A stretch of DNA of 64,000 bases from the sequence record OR449013. One strand, written 5' to 3'. The translations under genes were made by a program, and so were the position numbers. This stretch comes from Escherichia phage Mangalyan. Positions 17,528 to 26,636 of this stretch are shown here, piece by piece (the first letter of the stretch is position 1; each line of letters begins with the position of its first letter). The notes beneath the pieces were generated by a model, which worked only from the letters and a program-made list of their open reading frames with translations, did no database searches and was not told the origin of the DNA.

Positions 17528-18001
17528 ATGGAGACAGATATGAGTAATGTTATGATTCCTAAAAAGACATTTATTTCAGTTACTTTAGATTTCCTAGCTA
17601 CCGTCCCTGGGTTTAACGTTCGCACACGAAACGGTCTCCGAGCTGCACTCTTTGCCGTAGGGTTTGATTTAAAAAGTATTGATGTTCTTCGTGGAAAAAA
17701 CGTTCGATGCAAAAATAAGCCAACACATTATCGAAAGGCAGATGTATTTGCTGGTGTTATGCGTGCAGACTTTAGATACCCGCAAATGTATAACGGTGTA
17801 GATATTTTAGATGTGGATAAAGCACCTGGTGAGGCAATGCTTGTTCAAGATCTCCCGTATGATATCCCAGTAGAGGATCGTGTTAATGTAAGAAAGTATA
17901 CAAAACAATCTGAAAAGGCTGAAGATATTCATATTGTTGATGAACCTTTCAATTTTGAAGATCTGCATCGCCTGGAAAAATTATTCGGTATTGAAAGCTA
18001 A
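17528..18001 (+). CDS. hypothetical protein (about 157 aa)
   Basis: ATG 17528 six nt after GGTGAG; ORF-track ATG 17501 lies next to the -10 hexamer, upstream of the likely transcription start. Confidence 0.5.
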   Translation: METDMSNVMIPKKTFISVTLDFLATVPGFNVRTRNGLRAALFAVGFDLKSIDVLRGKNVRCKNKPTHYRKADVFAGVMRADFRYPQMYNGVDILDVDKAPGEAMLVQDLPYDIPVEDRVNVRKYTKQSEKAEDIHIVDEPFNFEDLHRLEKLFGIES

Positions 18002-18011
18002 GGTGGTGAAG

Positions 18012-18242
18012 ATGAGCCATAACTCCAAGTGGAAGGATCTTGGTTTTGCAAGTCGGGCAGAGTATGTTGGTTGGCTTTGGTTCAACGGCCTGACAAACGA
18101 TATTAAAATGTATGATGATGTTTATTATGACGAGTATACAGGTAAAATTATAAATATCTCTGTAGAAGAGGATACCTTTATCCAGCAAGATACTGATACC
18201 TGCCTTGATAAATACGTTAATGAAGTGGAGGAAGCAAATTGA
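18012..18242 (+). CDS. hypothetical protein (76 aa)
   Basis: ATG 18012 after AGGTGGTGAAG; ORF-track start 17934 would overlap upstream gene. Confidence 0.45.
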   Translation: MSHNSKWKDLGFASRAEYVGWLWFNGLTNDIKMYDDVYYDEYTGKIINISVEEDTFIQQDTDTCLDKYVNEVEEAN

Positions 18243-20554
18243 TCACCAAGGTAATTAAAAGCAACGGATGTGAGGTAGCATTCGATCCAGAACGTTTAAA
18301 TAAGGCAGCTATTTTCGGTGACGACGGTAACGGCAATTGGTCACATATTGCACTGGATGCATACAAACGACTGTATGATGGATGTACAACCAAAGAAGTT
18401 AACCAAGCTATCATAGACTCCTGTGTTAGCCGTAAAGACGAAGCACATTCCCGTATGGCTGGTCGTGTTCTTATTGGTCAGATTTATAAAGAGGCTTTTG
18501 GAGGGTTTACAAAGATCCCTTCCTTACCATCATTTTACAATACCATGGTTGAGAAAGGGTATTGGGAGGATATGGGCTATAGCTTTACCGAGCTAAACAC
18601 TTTAGACGCTGTTATTGACCACAGTAAAGATCTCGGTTATGGCTATGCAGTCCTTAAACAGTTTCGCGACAAATACGGGATCAAGGATACTCTTAAAGAC
18701 ACCTTGTTTGAATCTCCCCAGATGATGTTTATGGGGATAGCAATGGCTGTCATGAAGAATATGCCGAAAGAACGTCGTATCAACGATGTTGTAAAATTAT
18801 ACACTTATCTGTCCGACTTAAAGATCAATGCCCCGACACCGTACTTAAACGGGCTGCGCACAGGTAAGACAGGGTATGCATCTTGTTGTGTAATAAAAGC
18901 TGACGATACAGCAAAATCTATTGGTGTGGCACGTGAAGTTGCGTACACAATGACGGTTAACCAAGCAGGTATCGGCTACTATTTATCATCAAGATCTGCA
19001 GGCGATGGTGTTCGTGGTAACACTATTAAACACATGGGTAAGATTCCATATTATCGAGGTATTGATGCTGGGGTTAAGGAGAACAGACAACAATCACGTG
19101 GCGGTTCTGCAACAGTATCATTTCTTGCACTAGACCCGCAGATTGATGAGCTAATCCGTTTGAGAAACCCTATGACTGTTGCTTCAAAAAGAATCAACAC
19201 CATGGACTACTCCATCGGTATTAATAGGTCGTTTATCAACCGTGTGGCTAAGAATTTGGATTGGATGCTTGTTTCTTATAAGCACGCGCCTCAACTGCAT
19301 GAGGGTATCTTCACCATGTCTATGGAGGAGTTTGATGCAGAGGTTGATCGTATTGCTAAAGATGACAGTATTCCTAAAACATGGATCCGGGCCAGAGATC
19401 TTGCTGTTGAACTGATCACGCAGCGTACTGAGGTGGGAAGGCTGTATGTATACTGGACAGATGAGATGAATAGACATACACCTTTTAAAGATGTGATCTA
19501 TTCAAGTAACCTGTGTGCAGAAATAGCCCTCCCGACAAAAGGCTATTCAGATATGCGTAATATCTTCAAGTACGATGCTGATGATGGAGAGGTTGCATTG
19601 TGCTTCCTGTCATCTCTTGTAGCTGGGAGGGTTACTCCAGAGGAGTATGAGGATGTTGCATACTATACGGTGCTTATGATTGACAATGTTATGGAAATCA
19701 TGACATATCCGTATGAAAATATGGAAAGCACAGTTAAAAAACGCAGATCCATCGGGGTTGGCCTTACCAATGTTGCACATTTTATTGCCAGCCACAAGGT
19801 TACTTACGGATCTCCTGAAAGTAAACAGCTCGTTCACGATCTTGCAGAACTTCACAGCTACAGCTTGCATAAGGCAAGTTTACGGTTGGCAAAAGAGCGT
19901 GGTGTCTGCGAGTGGATGCATAAAACAAAATATCCAGAAGGTTGGTTACCAATCGACACCTATAACAAAGAGGTCGATAGCGTGGTGAAAGATCCTTCTC
20001 TTAAACAGGATTGGGAAGGGTTACGTAAAGAAATCATTGAAAATGGTGGGCTACGTAATAGCGTTCTTGAAGCATATATGCCTAATGAAAGCTCTTCGCT
20101 GGCAACAAACACCACTAACGGGGTCTATCCTGTCCGTGAGCACATTATCTTTAAAAAGTCGCCACAAGGGCAGGTGCTGTTTATCGTTCCTGACTATGAT
20201 GAGTTGAAAGAGTATTACACTTCGGCTTGGGACGTTGATACTAACGACATGATCGATATGTATGCTGTGATTCAAAAATTCACAGGTCAGGCAATCAGCG
20301 CGGATTTGTACATAGACTACACCAAGTTGAAAGATGGTAAAATTTCAATGAAGGAGCAGCTAGGGTACCTTATCCGTGCCACTAAATTCGGAATGAAGAC
20401 ATGGTATTATTTAAACTCTAGGGTTGGTGCTGGCGACTCCTTGGCAGAGGAACTTCATGCCAAGAAACAGGCTGAAGATGAAACCAGAAAGAACTATCCT
20501 TTGAATGCAGATAGTTCAGTTGAAGATCAGTATTGCGAAAGTTGTGCACTATAA
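18239..20554 (+). CDS. nrdA: ribonucleotide reductase class I large subunit NrdA
   Basis: N-terminal ATP-cone (VIKSNGCEVAFDPERL), active-site NLCAEIALPT, C-terminal CESCAL cysteine pair; 771 aa. Confidence 0.9.
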   Translation: MITKVIKSNGCEVAFDPERLNKAAIFGDDGNGNWSHIALDAYKRLYDGCTTKEVNQAIIDSCVSRKDEAHSRMAGRVLIGQIYKEAFGGFTKIPSLPSFYNTMVEKGYWEDMGYSFTELNTLDAVIDHSKDLGYGYAVLKQFRDKYGIKDTLKDTLFESPQMMFMGIAMAVMKNMPKERRINDVVKLYTYLSDLKINAPTPYLNGLRTGKTGYASCCVIKADDTAKSIGVAREVAYTMTVNQAGIGYYLSSRSAGDGVRGNTIKHMGKIPYYRGIDAGVKENRQQSRGGSATVSFLALDPQIDELIRLRNPMTVASKRINTMDYSIGINRSFINRVAKNLDWMLVSYKHAPQLHEGIFTMSMEEFDAEVDRIAKDDSIPKTWIRARDLAVELITQRTEVGRLYVYWTDEMNRHTPFKDVIYSSNLCAEIALPTKGYSDMRNIFKYDADDGEVALCFLSSLVAGRVTPEEYEDVAYYTVLMIDNVMEIMTYPYENMESTVKKRRSIGVGLTNVAHFIASHKVTYGSPESKQLVHDLAELHSYSLHKASLRLAKERGVCEWMHKTKYPEGWLPIDTYNKEVDSVVKDPSLKQDWEGLRKEIIENGGLRNSVLEAYMPNESSSLATNTTNGVYPVREHIIFKKSPQGQVLFIVPDYDELKEYYTSAWDVDTNDMIDMYAVIQKFTGQAISADLYIDYTKLKDGKISMKEQLGYLIRATKFGMKTWYYLNSRVGAGDSLAEELHAKKQAEDETRKNYPLNADSSVEDQYCESCAL

Positions 20555-20560
20555 TTTTAA

Positions 20561-20582
20561 AGGGGCTTCGGCCCCATTTTAG
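20561..20582 (+). terminator. rho-independent terminator / attenuator between nrdA and nrdB
   Basis: GGGGC TTCG GCCCC hairpin followed by ATTTT. Confidence 0.6.
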
Positions 20583-20593
20583 AGGTTAGAATA

Positions 20594-21682
20594 ATGGCTG
20601 TATTTAATGCTGAGAACACCGCTCATAAAACTGGTGACTATCCGCTGTTTCTAGGACAGCAAATGGGTATGTACGACTCTATCAACAAAAAATATCCACA
20701 ACTGTTTGAACTATACAAAAAACAAAAAGAACAAGACTGGGCAGAGGATGAAGTGGATTTGTCGCAATCTATTTCAGATTTTGTAACATGCTCAAAGTCA
20801 ACTTATGACGTGATGGTGCAGACCTTGATGTGGCAATGGGAGGCTGATAGCGTTGCGGCAAGATCTATCATTTGTCTGTTTTCACCATTTATCACCAATA
20901 GTGAGCTTTTCACTCTATTGATGAAACAGTCAGAGATTGAAGTTCTTCACGCACTAACTTACTCAGAGATTGTTAGACAATGCCTCCCCAATGCCCGTGA
21001 GATTATAGAAGAGATTCAGGAAAACCAAAACGTTCTGAGCAGATCCGGCGTTATTGTCAAATACATGCAAGAGCTTGAGGTTATTGGTGCAAAATACCGA
21101 CTGGATCCTTCTAGTGTTGAAGAAGATGTTGTGCGGAAATGCATTCTTAGAGCGCTTTTTGCACTTTTAGCTCTGGAAAGTATTGAGTTTATTGCAAGTT
21201 TTGCATGCACTTTCGCAGTAGCTGAGCAGGGTATCTTTGTTCAGGTGGCGCAGCTTGTTCAAAAAATCATGCTTGACGAAATGCTACATTCGAAAGGTGA
21301 TTTTGCCATCATTGATATCCTGCTTAATGATCCCGCATGGGAGAAAAGCTTCCTTGAGATAAAAGGGGAGTTAAAAGAGATTCTTGATGAAGTACGAACC
21401 AAAGAGTACGGTTGGAGTGACTATATTTTCAGCGAAGGAAGAGCGATTATAGGTCTTAACTCACCGTTGCTTAAAGAATGGGTTGACTATAACTGCTCAC
21501 CGATTTATGATTACTACGACATCGACAAAGACTTTGTGCCGCCAACAAAGGACCCTCTACCGTTTATGCAGGTGTGGATGAAACCTTCATTGCAACAGAC
21601 GGCGAACCAAGAAATGTCGAACACTGACTACCGCGTCAACACAACTGTTAACGACGCTGAAGAAGAAATTTGGGAGTTTTAA
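20594..21682 (+). CDS. nrdB: ribonucleotide reductase class I small subunit NrdB
   Basis: SFACTFAVAE block as in E. coli NrdB (SFACSFAFAE), acidic C-terminal tail; follows nrdA. Confidence 0.85.
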   Translation: MAVFNAENTAHKTGDYPLFLGQQMGMYDSINKKYPQLFELYKKQKEQDWAEDEVDLSQSISDFVTCSKSTYDVMVQTLMWQWEADSVAARSIICLFSPFITNSELFTLLMKQSEIEVLHALTYSEIVRQCLPNAREIIEEIQENQNVLSRSGVIVKYMQELEVIGAKYRLDPSSVEEDVVRKCILRALFALLALESIEFIASFACTFAVAEQGIFVQVAQLVQKIMLDEMLHSKGDFAIIDILLNDPAWEKSFLEIKGELKEILDEVRTKEYGWSDYIFSEGRAIIGLNSPLLKEWVDYNCSPIYDYYDIDKDFVPPTKDPLPFMQVWMKPSLQQTANQEMSNTDYRVNTTVNDAEEEIWEF

Positions 21683-21685
21683 TAC

Positions 21686-21964
21686 ATGAGCTGTGAAAAA
21701 TCTTTTTTCTTTATTATTTACGGTAAAGATAACTGCCCACATTGTGTAAGAGCAAAAGAATTTGCAGTCAGTAAGGGTCTGCCTTTTGTATATAAGACAC
21801 TTGGCGAGGGTTACACAAAAGAAGAGCTTATTGAGAAGTGCAGTCCAATCGTACCCAGAACGTTGCCGCAGATCTTCTTAGAAAGTAATCTTGAAAGTGT
21901 CCATATAGGCGGTGCCGACGATTTCATCTCTTTTGTTAAGAATGGTTTTGGAGAGAAAAAGTGA
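21686..21964 (+). CDS. glutaredoxin-like redoxin (RNR electron donor)
   Basis: CPHC active-site motif near N-terminus; 92 aa; between nrdB and nrdD. Confidence 0.75.
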   Translation: MSCEKSFFFIIYGKDNCPHCVRAKEFAVSKGLPFVYKTLGEGYTKEELIEKCSPIVPRTLPQIFLESNLESVHIGGADDFISFVKNGFGEKK

Positions 21965-22821
21965 AAGTTGTAAAACGGGACGGTAGAGAAGAGGTCTATA
22001 ACGGAATTAAGGTGATCAAGGCGGCAGAGTCCGCCTTACTTGAGTCTGGACATACTGAAGAAGAAGCTTACCGGATCGCCTGCGCGGTTAATGAAGTTGT
22101 TGCTAACACTCTACCAACCGACCAGTGCACGATCTCTGTAAAAAATATCCATATCCTTGTTGAAGACGCTCTTATGGATATGGGTTTAAAATGTGCAGCC
22201 AGAGAATACATCCAGTATAGGCAGACAAGAGATAATAATAGAGAGGCAGGTGGAAAACTGCTTGCAGATATTAGTGGCTTCTTGGATCGCACTTGTGATG
22301 AATTTACAAAAGAAAACGCAAATAAGCCTACCAATCATGTACACACTCATCGTGACCTGCTTGCAGGCATCCTTAGCAAACACCTTGCATCAACACAGAT
22401 CCTGCCAGACCGTGTCTCAGAAGAGCACAATAGAGGCTTCATCCATGTGCATGATCTTGACTACTTGATCAGTCCGTTAACAAACTGTTGTTTGGTAAAT
22501 TATCCAGATATGTTGGAAAACGGATTCAACATTGGTAACGCCCATGTCAGTAAGCCGAAGTCAATAGGGGTTGCAACAACAATCCTTAGCCAAATCTCTA
22601 GTGCAGTAGCTAGTGCTCAATATGGTGGTCAGACTATGAGCCATATTGATCATTATCTGGCACAGTATGCTGAAGCGACCTATGAGAAGAACCTTAAATT
22701 TTGCCAGGAACATTGGTTGCCAGATGCTGAGACTGTTGCAATGCAAATGACAGATAAAGACGTATTTGACAGCATGCAGACTTTGCTCTATCAAATCAAT
22801 ACGTTAACTTCTGTCAACGGT
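21961..22821 (+). CDS. nrdD: anaerobic ribonucleotide reductase NrdD, exon 1
   Basis: GTG start overlapping upstream stop; ATP-cone MKVVKRDGREEVYN; reading frame hits TAA at 22822 exactly where a P1 helix and intron core begin. Confidence 0.8.
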
Positions 22822-23618
22822 TAACAAACTGGCCGTTGTAAAACTCTCCTAACCTCATAAGAGGGGTCGGTAAATCCGGCTAACGGGGAACGCTAAGGCG
22901 AAAGCTATGCCAATCCCGTGACTAGTTCTTACAGGAGTTGGAACGGTTGTAACGACTAACGAAAGGCAGAGATGCTTGACAAACATTTCTGAACCAAGTA
23001 GTGTAGGGGTTAGTTGAAATACTAACTTCGAAATGGAGAGGCTCTATGAAAAAGATCATTCTTAATGGTGAAGAATCAAACTATGTGATTGATGAGGTTG
23101 GAAACGTATACGGAAAACGTGGAATGCTACACCCAATATTGTGGGGAGGTTATGGAAAAGGTAAAAAGCATGTTAAACGCCGTTATATGTACTCTTTCAA
23201 CCACAAAGGTAAAAAGATTCGAATCCAAACCTCAAGGATTGTTGCCTTGTATTGTTTGCCGGATGTCCCAGAAGACCCTGAAAACTGGGAAGTGAATCAT
23301 AAAGATGGCAATACATTGAATGATCATCCGTCTAACCTAGAGTGGGTTTTGCCGGAAGATAATAAGAGACATGCTTTCCGAACAGGACTTTGTCCAGGTA
23401 AGTGCTATAGGAAAGTGCAGGCATACAAAGGGAAAACCTTGGTGGGTGAATATCCTTCACTCTATGCCTGTGCAAAAGCCTTAAATTTGAACGTAGGTAA
23501 CGTTCATAGGGCTATCGAAGGAAATGCCGAAGGTAAGCATCTCACAATAAAGGGTTATTATCTTATTGAAGTAGAGTAAGAGATAGTCTGGCCCTGTGGA
23601 AACACAGGGAGGAGACAG
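22822..23618 (+). mobile_element. group I intron (IA-like) interrupting nrdD, carrying an HNH homing endonuclease ORF
   Basis: P1: exon CAACGGU (22815-22821) pairs perfectly with intron GCCGUUG (22832-22838), U-G at splice site; core-like AACGGGGAAC and CAATCCCGTG; omega G at 23618 restores frame ...SVNG|QTPFITLSLGLDTS. Confidence 0.8.
23046..23579 (+). CDS. HNH homing endonuclease (intron-encoded)
   Basis: HNH_3-like EVNHKDGNTLNDHPSNLEWVLPEDNKRHA; strong RBS GGAGAGG before ATG; located inside the intron. Confidence 0.75.
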   Translation: MKKIILNGEESNYVIDEVGNVYGKRGMLHPILWGGYGKGKKHVKRRYMYSFNHKGKKIRIQTSRIVALYCLPDVPEDPENWEVNHKDGNTLNDHPSNLEWVLPEDNKRHAFRTGLCPGKCYRKVQAYKGKTLVGEYPSLYACAKALNLNVGNVHRAIEGNAEGKHLTIKGYYLIEVE

Positions 23619-24881
23619 CAGACTCCATTCATCACATTGAGTTTAGGACTGGATACCTCGGTCTTTGGTAGAATGATTACCAAAAACTACTTGAAAGTCC
23701 ACAAAATGGGTCTTGGTGAAGAACGTATTACACCTGTATTCCCTAAAGTGCTGTTCTTCCTGGAAGAGGGTGTTAACATGAACCCTGGGGATCCTAACTA
23801 TGATTTGAAACGATTAGCTCTGGAATGCTGTGCAGAACGTATCTACCCTGACTTCGTATCTGTACCACTAAATAGAAAAGTGACAGGCTCGACAGATGGC
23901 AAAGTAACGAGCATGGGTTGCCGGAGTTTTCTTAGCAAATATAATGACTTGGAAACAGGTGAGGAAAAATACCTTGGCAGATTCAACTTGGGTGTTGTTA
24001 GCCTTAACCTGCCAATGATTGCGGCAAAAGCTAAGACGGAAGGTGTTGATTTCTTTGCAGTTCTTGACGAATACTTGGATCTTGCATACGAGGCTCACCT
24101 TGTAAGGGTTAACCGTCTAAAAGGAACAAAGGCAGGGCAGAACCCCATCATGTGGTGTGAAGGCGCTCTTGCTCGCCTGGATCCTGAAGAAAGTATTGAT
24201 AAACTCTTCTATGACGGGTACGCTTCCATCAGCATTGGGTATATTGGTGTGTATGAAACCTGTCAGATTTTGGGCAGAGAGGGTGACAAGGCTTTAGCTC
24301 TTGGAATCCTTCAGCACATGAGAGATGCTTGTGAGCGATACAAGAAGGAAAGTAGACTAGCGTTTAGCTTGTACGGCACCCCTTCTGAGAGTCTATGCTA
24401 TAAAGCTGCAACCTGTCTGGATCGTGAATATCCTGAAGTGTTGAAGCACGAGCATGAATATCTCACCAACAGTTTCCATCAGCCAGTATGGATCAATAGC
24501 TCTCCTTTTGATAAGTGGGCGTATGAGGAAGGTTTTGCTATGATCTCCTCTGGTGGCAACATCGGATATGTAGAGACACCGAATCTGAAAAACAACTTAG
24601 ATGCTTTAGAGGCTCTTGTTGACTTCGGGTATAAACACATTATGTATTTTGGTATTAACCAACCTGTGGATAAATGTCTCAAGTGTGGTTTCTCTGGGGA
24701 GTTCAGTGCAACAGCTAAAGGCTTTGTATGCCCAGAGTGTGGAAACCATGAAGAGGGAACGATCAGTGTGATCAGACGTGTGTCTGGATACCTTTCCAGT
24801 CCTAACTCCCGTCCTTATAATAAAGGTAAGCAAGCGGAAGTTATCGAGCGAGTTAAGCACTATGGAAGTTGTAGTTGCTGA
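23619..24881 (+). CDS. nrdD: anaerobic ribonucleotide reductase NrdD, exon 2
   Basis: glycyl-radical motif RRVSGYL near C-terminus, zinc ribbon CLKCG ... CPECG; frame open from 23580; 5' boundary set by inferred 3' splice site. Confidence 0.8.
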   Translation, partial: QTPFITLSLGLDTSVFGRMITKNYLKVHKMGLGEERITPVFPKVLFFLEEGVNMNPGDPNYDLKRLALECCAERIYPDFVSVPLNRKVTGSTDGKVTSMGCRSFLSKYNDLETGEEKYLGRFNLGVVSLNLPMIAAKAKTEGVDFFAVLDEYLDLAYEAHLVRVNRLKGTKAGQNPIMWCEGALARLDPEESIDKLFYDGYASISIGYIGVYETCQILGREGDKALALGILQHMRDACERYKKESRLAFSLYGTPSESLCYKAATCLDREYPEVLKHEHEYLTNSFHQPVWINSSPFDKWAYEEGFAMISSGGNIGYVETPNLKNNLDALEALVDFGYKHIMYFGINQPVDKCLKCGFSGEFSATAKGFVCPECGNHEEGTISVIRRVSGYLSSPNSRPYNKGKQAEVIERVKHYGSCSC

Positions 24882-24945
24882 TACTTGACAAAAGCCACAA
24901 GGATGTGGCACCATACAGATGTTTAGGGAAGTTAGGAAACAAGAG

Positions 24946-26079
24946 ATGGCTAAATTATCGACAGAAGAGTTTATAGAGAAGGCGAAAATCATTCACGGTT
25001 ATAAATACAATTACAAGAAAACAGTGTACGTGGATTGCTATGCGAAGGTTTGCATTACCTGTCAAATCCATGGAGATTTTATGCAAGCACCTTGTCAACA
25101 CTTGCAAGGTCGTGGTTGTCCTTTTTGTGCAAAACTTTCTCGTGCTACAAAGTGTAATAAAGGTCTTAAATTTGTAGAAAGAGCCAAAGAAATCCATGGA
25201 GATAACTATGACTACTCTCTCGTATACTACAAGACTTGCAAAGATAAAGTAGAAATAATCTGCAATACTTGTGGAAATCACTTTACACAGACACCTGACA
25301 ATCATATAAATTTGAAAAGAGGTTGTCCAGTTTGCAAGGGGTCAAGAATCTCACAAAGCAAAACCAAACCTCATGAAAAGTGGGTTGAGGACATAGAGAA
25401 GAAAAATACTTATATTGAAATATTAGAAGAGATCACCACTGGGTGGAATAAAGTATTATGTCGTTGCAAAGTTTGCAACCACGAATGGTCAGCTACGCCT
25501 GTTATCCTTAAGCGTGGTCACGGCTGCCCCGGATGTGGCGGATCTATGAAAAAGACCACTGAAGAGTTTATCCAGGACGCTGTGGCTATCCACGGGAACA
25601 AGTATGATTACTCTAAAGTGAGGTATGTGAATTCACACATCAAGGTTACAATTGTTTGCACAGATCATGGAGATTTCTGTCAATCCCCTACCCAGCATTT
25701 AGGAGGGGGAGGGTGTCCTAAATGCACCAAAAGAGGATTTTTATCCCACGATTGTGGTAAACTTTACATTATGGTTGATGATCCGGAAGTGCCTACATTT
25801 ATGAAAATAGGTGTCAGTCATAATGAAAGTAAGCGAAGAGACCAGATACTTAAAAGTGCACAAAGATCTGGAGCTGGTATCTGCGATCTGTACATAGTGA
25901 AAACGTTGGAAGGATCAACTGAAAACATGCTGGCTGTAGAAAAATCTATGCACAAAGCCTTCAGTAAATATAAAATAAACTTCCCTGTAAAATTTGATGG
26001 TAGCACCGAATTCTTCTACTACAGGCCTGAGGTGTTCAGCACAGTGGAAGCAGCGTACAAAGAGATCTGCGGTAAATGA
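24946..26079 (+). CDS. GIY-YIG-like (T5orf172-type) domain protein with four N-terminal zinc-ribbon repeats; putative free-standing homing endonuclease
   Basis: four repeats of H-G-x-x-Y-x-Y ... I-x-C ... HG-x-F ... GCP-x-C; C-terminal LYIMVDDPEVPTFMKIGVS ... RR ... E resembles GIY-(10)-YIG spacing. Confidence 0.6.
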   Translation: MAKLSTEEFIEKAKIIHGYKYNYKKTVYVDCYAKVCITCQIHGDFMQAPCQHLQGRGCPFCAKLSRATKCNKGLKFVERAKEIHGDNYDYSLVYYKTCKDKVEIICNTCGNHFTQTPDNHINLKRGCPVCKGSRISQSKTKPHEKWVEDIEKKNTYIEILEEITTGWNKVLCRCKVCNHEWSATPVILKRGHGCPGCGGSMKKTTEEFIQDAVAIHGNKYDYSKVRYVNSHIKVTIVCTDHGDFCQSPTQHLGGGGCPKCTKRGFLSHDCGKLYIMVDDPEVPTFMKIGVSHNESKRRDQILKSAQRSGAGICDLYIVKTLEGSTENMLAVEKSMHKAFSKYKINFPVKFDGSTEFFYYRPEVFSTVEAAYKEICGK

Positions 26080-26131
26080 TCGTAGAAAGATACACATATC
26101 TTAAACATGCTATAAACTAAGGAGGTACAGT

Positions 26132-26248
26132 ATGTCTACAGGCATTTATAAAATTTGCAAGTGTGGTTGTCGTTGCAATCTTCGTTGGTGCAAGGCACTG
26201 GACGATTTTATTTGGCATTGTCCTGAATGCGATGCAGAGTACTTATAA
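26132..26248 (+). CDS. small Cys-rich protein (38 aa), zinc-ribbon-like
   Basis: below ORF-track cutoff; ATG 8 nt after TAAGGAGGT; MSTGIYKICKCGCRCNLRWCKALDDFIWHCPECDAEYL. Confidence 0.55.
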   Translation: MSTGIYKICKCGCRCNLRWCKALDDFIWHCPECDAEYL

Positions 26249-26263
26249 GCATAAGGGGTCGAA

Positions 26264-26368
26264 ATGCGGAAATCTATCAAGAAAATCAAGATAAAATTGT
26301 TAGCACTGAAGCGTAAGTATAAAAAGTTATACGGCTTCATCAAATGGACTTTTATAAGTTTATCTTGA
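26264..26368 (+). CDS. small basic protein (34 aa)
   Basis: below ORF-track cutoff; ATG after AAGGGG; Lys-rich. Confidence 0.35.
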   Translation: MRKSIKKIKIKLLALKRKYKKLYGFIKWTFISLS

Positions 26369-26399
26369 ATAGAAGCACACCACAGAAGAGAGGTTCCTT

Positions 26400-26636
26400 A
26401 TGGTAGGTGTCTGTGTAAAAGCTAACAGATGGTTTACATTCGGCAAGGATTACGAAATTATCTTTCATTCGGACAGAGCCACAACAGTAGAAAGCGATGA
26501 TGGGTGCTACTGGTTCGTTAGTTACCAGGGTGATGGGTATTATAGATCTACTGATTCCAGAGGGGAAGAAGCTGTTTTCTTAGATAGAGCTTATTGTGGG
26601 CCTGAATATCCCTACCTCAAAGAGGGTAAGGAATGA
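26400..26636 (+). CDS. hypothetical protein (78 aa)
   Basis: ATG after AGAGAGG; overlaps nrdG start by 4 nt. Confidence 0.5.
   Translation: MVGVCVKANRWFTFGKDYEIIFHSDRATTVESDDGCYWFVSYQGDGYYRSTDSRGEEAVFLDRAYCGPEYPYLKEGKE

Noticed and set aside
19179-19477. ORFs on both strands within nrdA
   Set aside because: Embedded in or antisense to NrdA, whose identity is secure
22822-23636. Possibility that nrdD is simply two separate genes or a pseudogene
   Set aside because: Perfect 7-bp P1 pairing at the exon 1 boundary, group I core-like sequences and an in-frame 3' junction after a G argue for a self-splicing intron
26146-26343. minus-strand ORF (65 aa)
   Set aside because: Antisense to two + strand mini-ORFs that have strong ribosome-binding sites in a region otherwise entirely + strand
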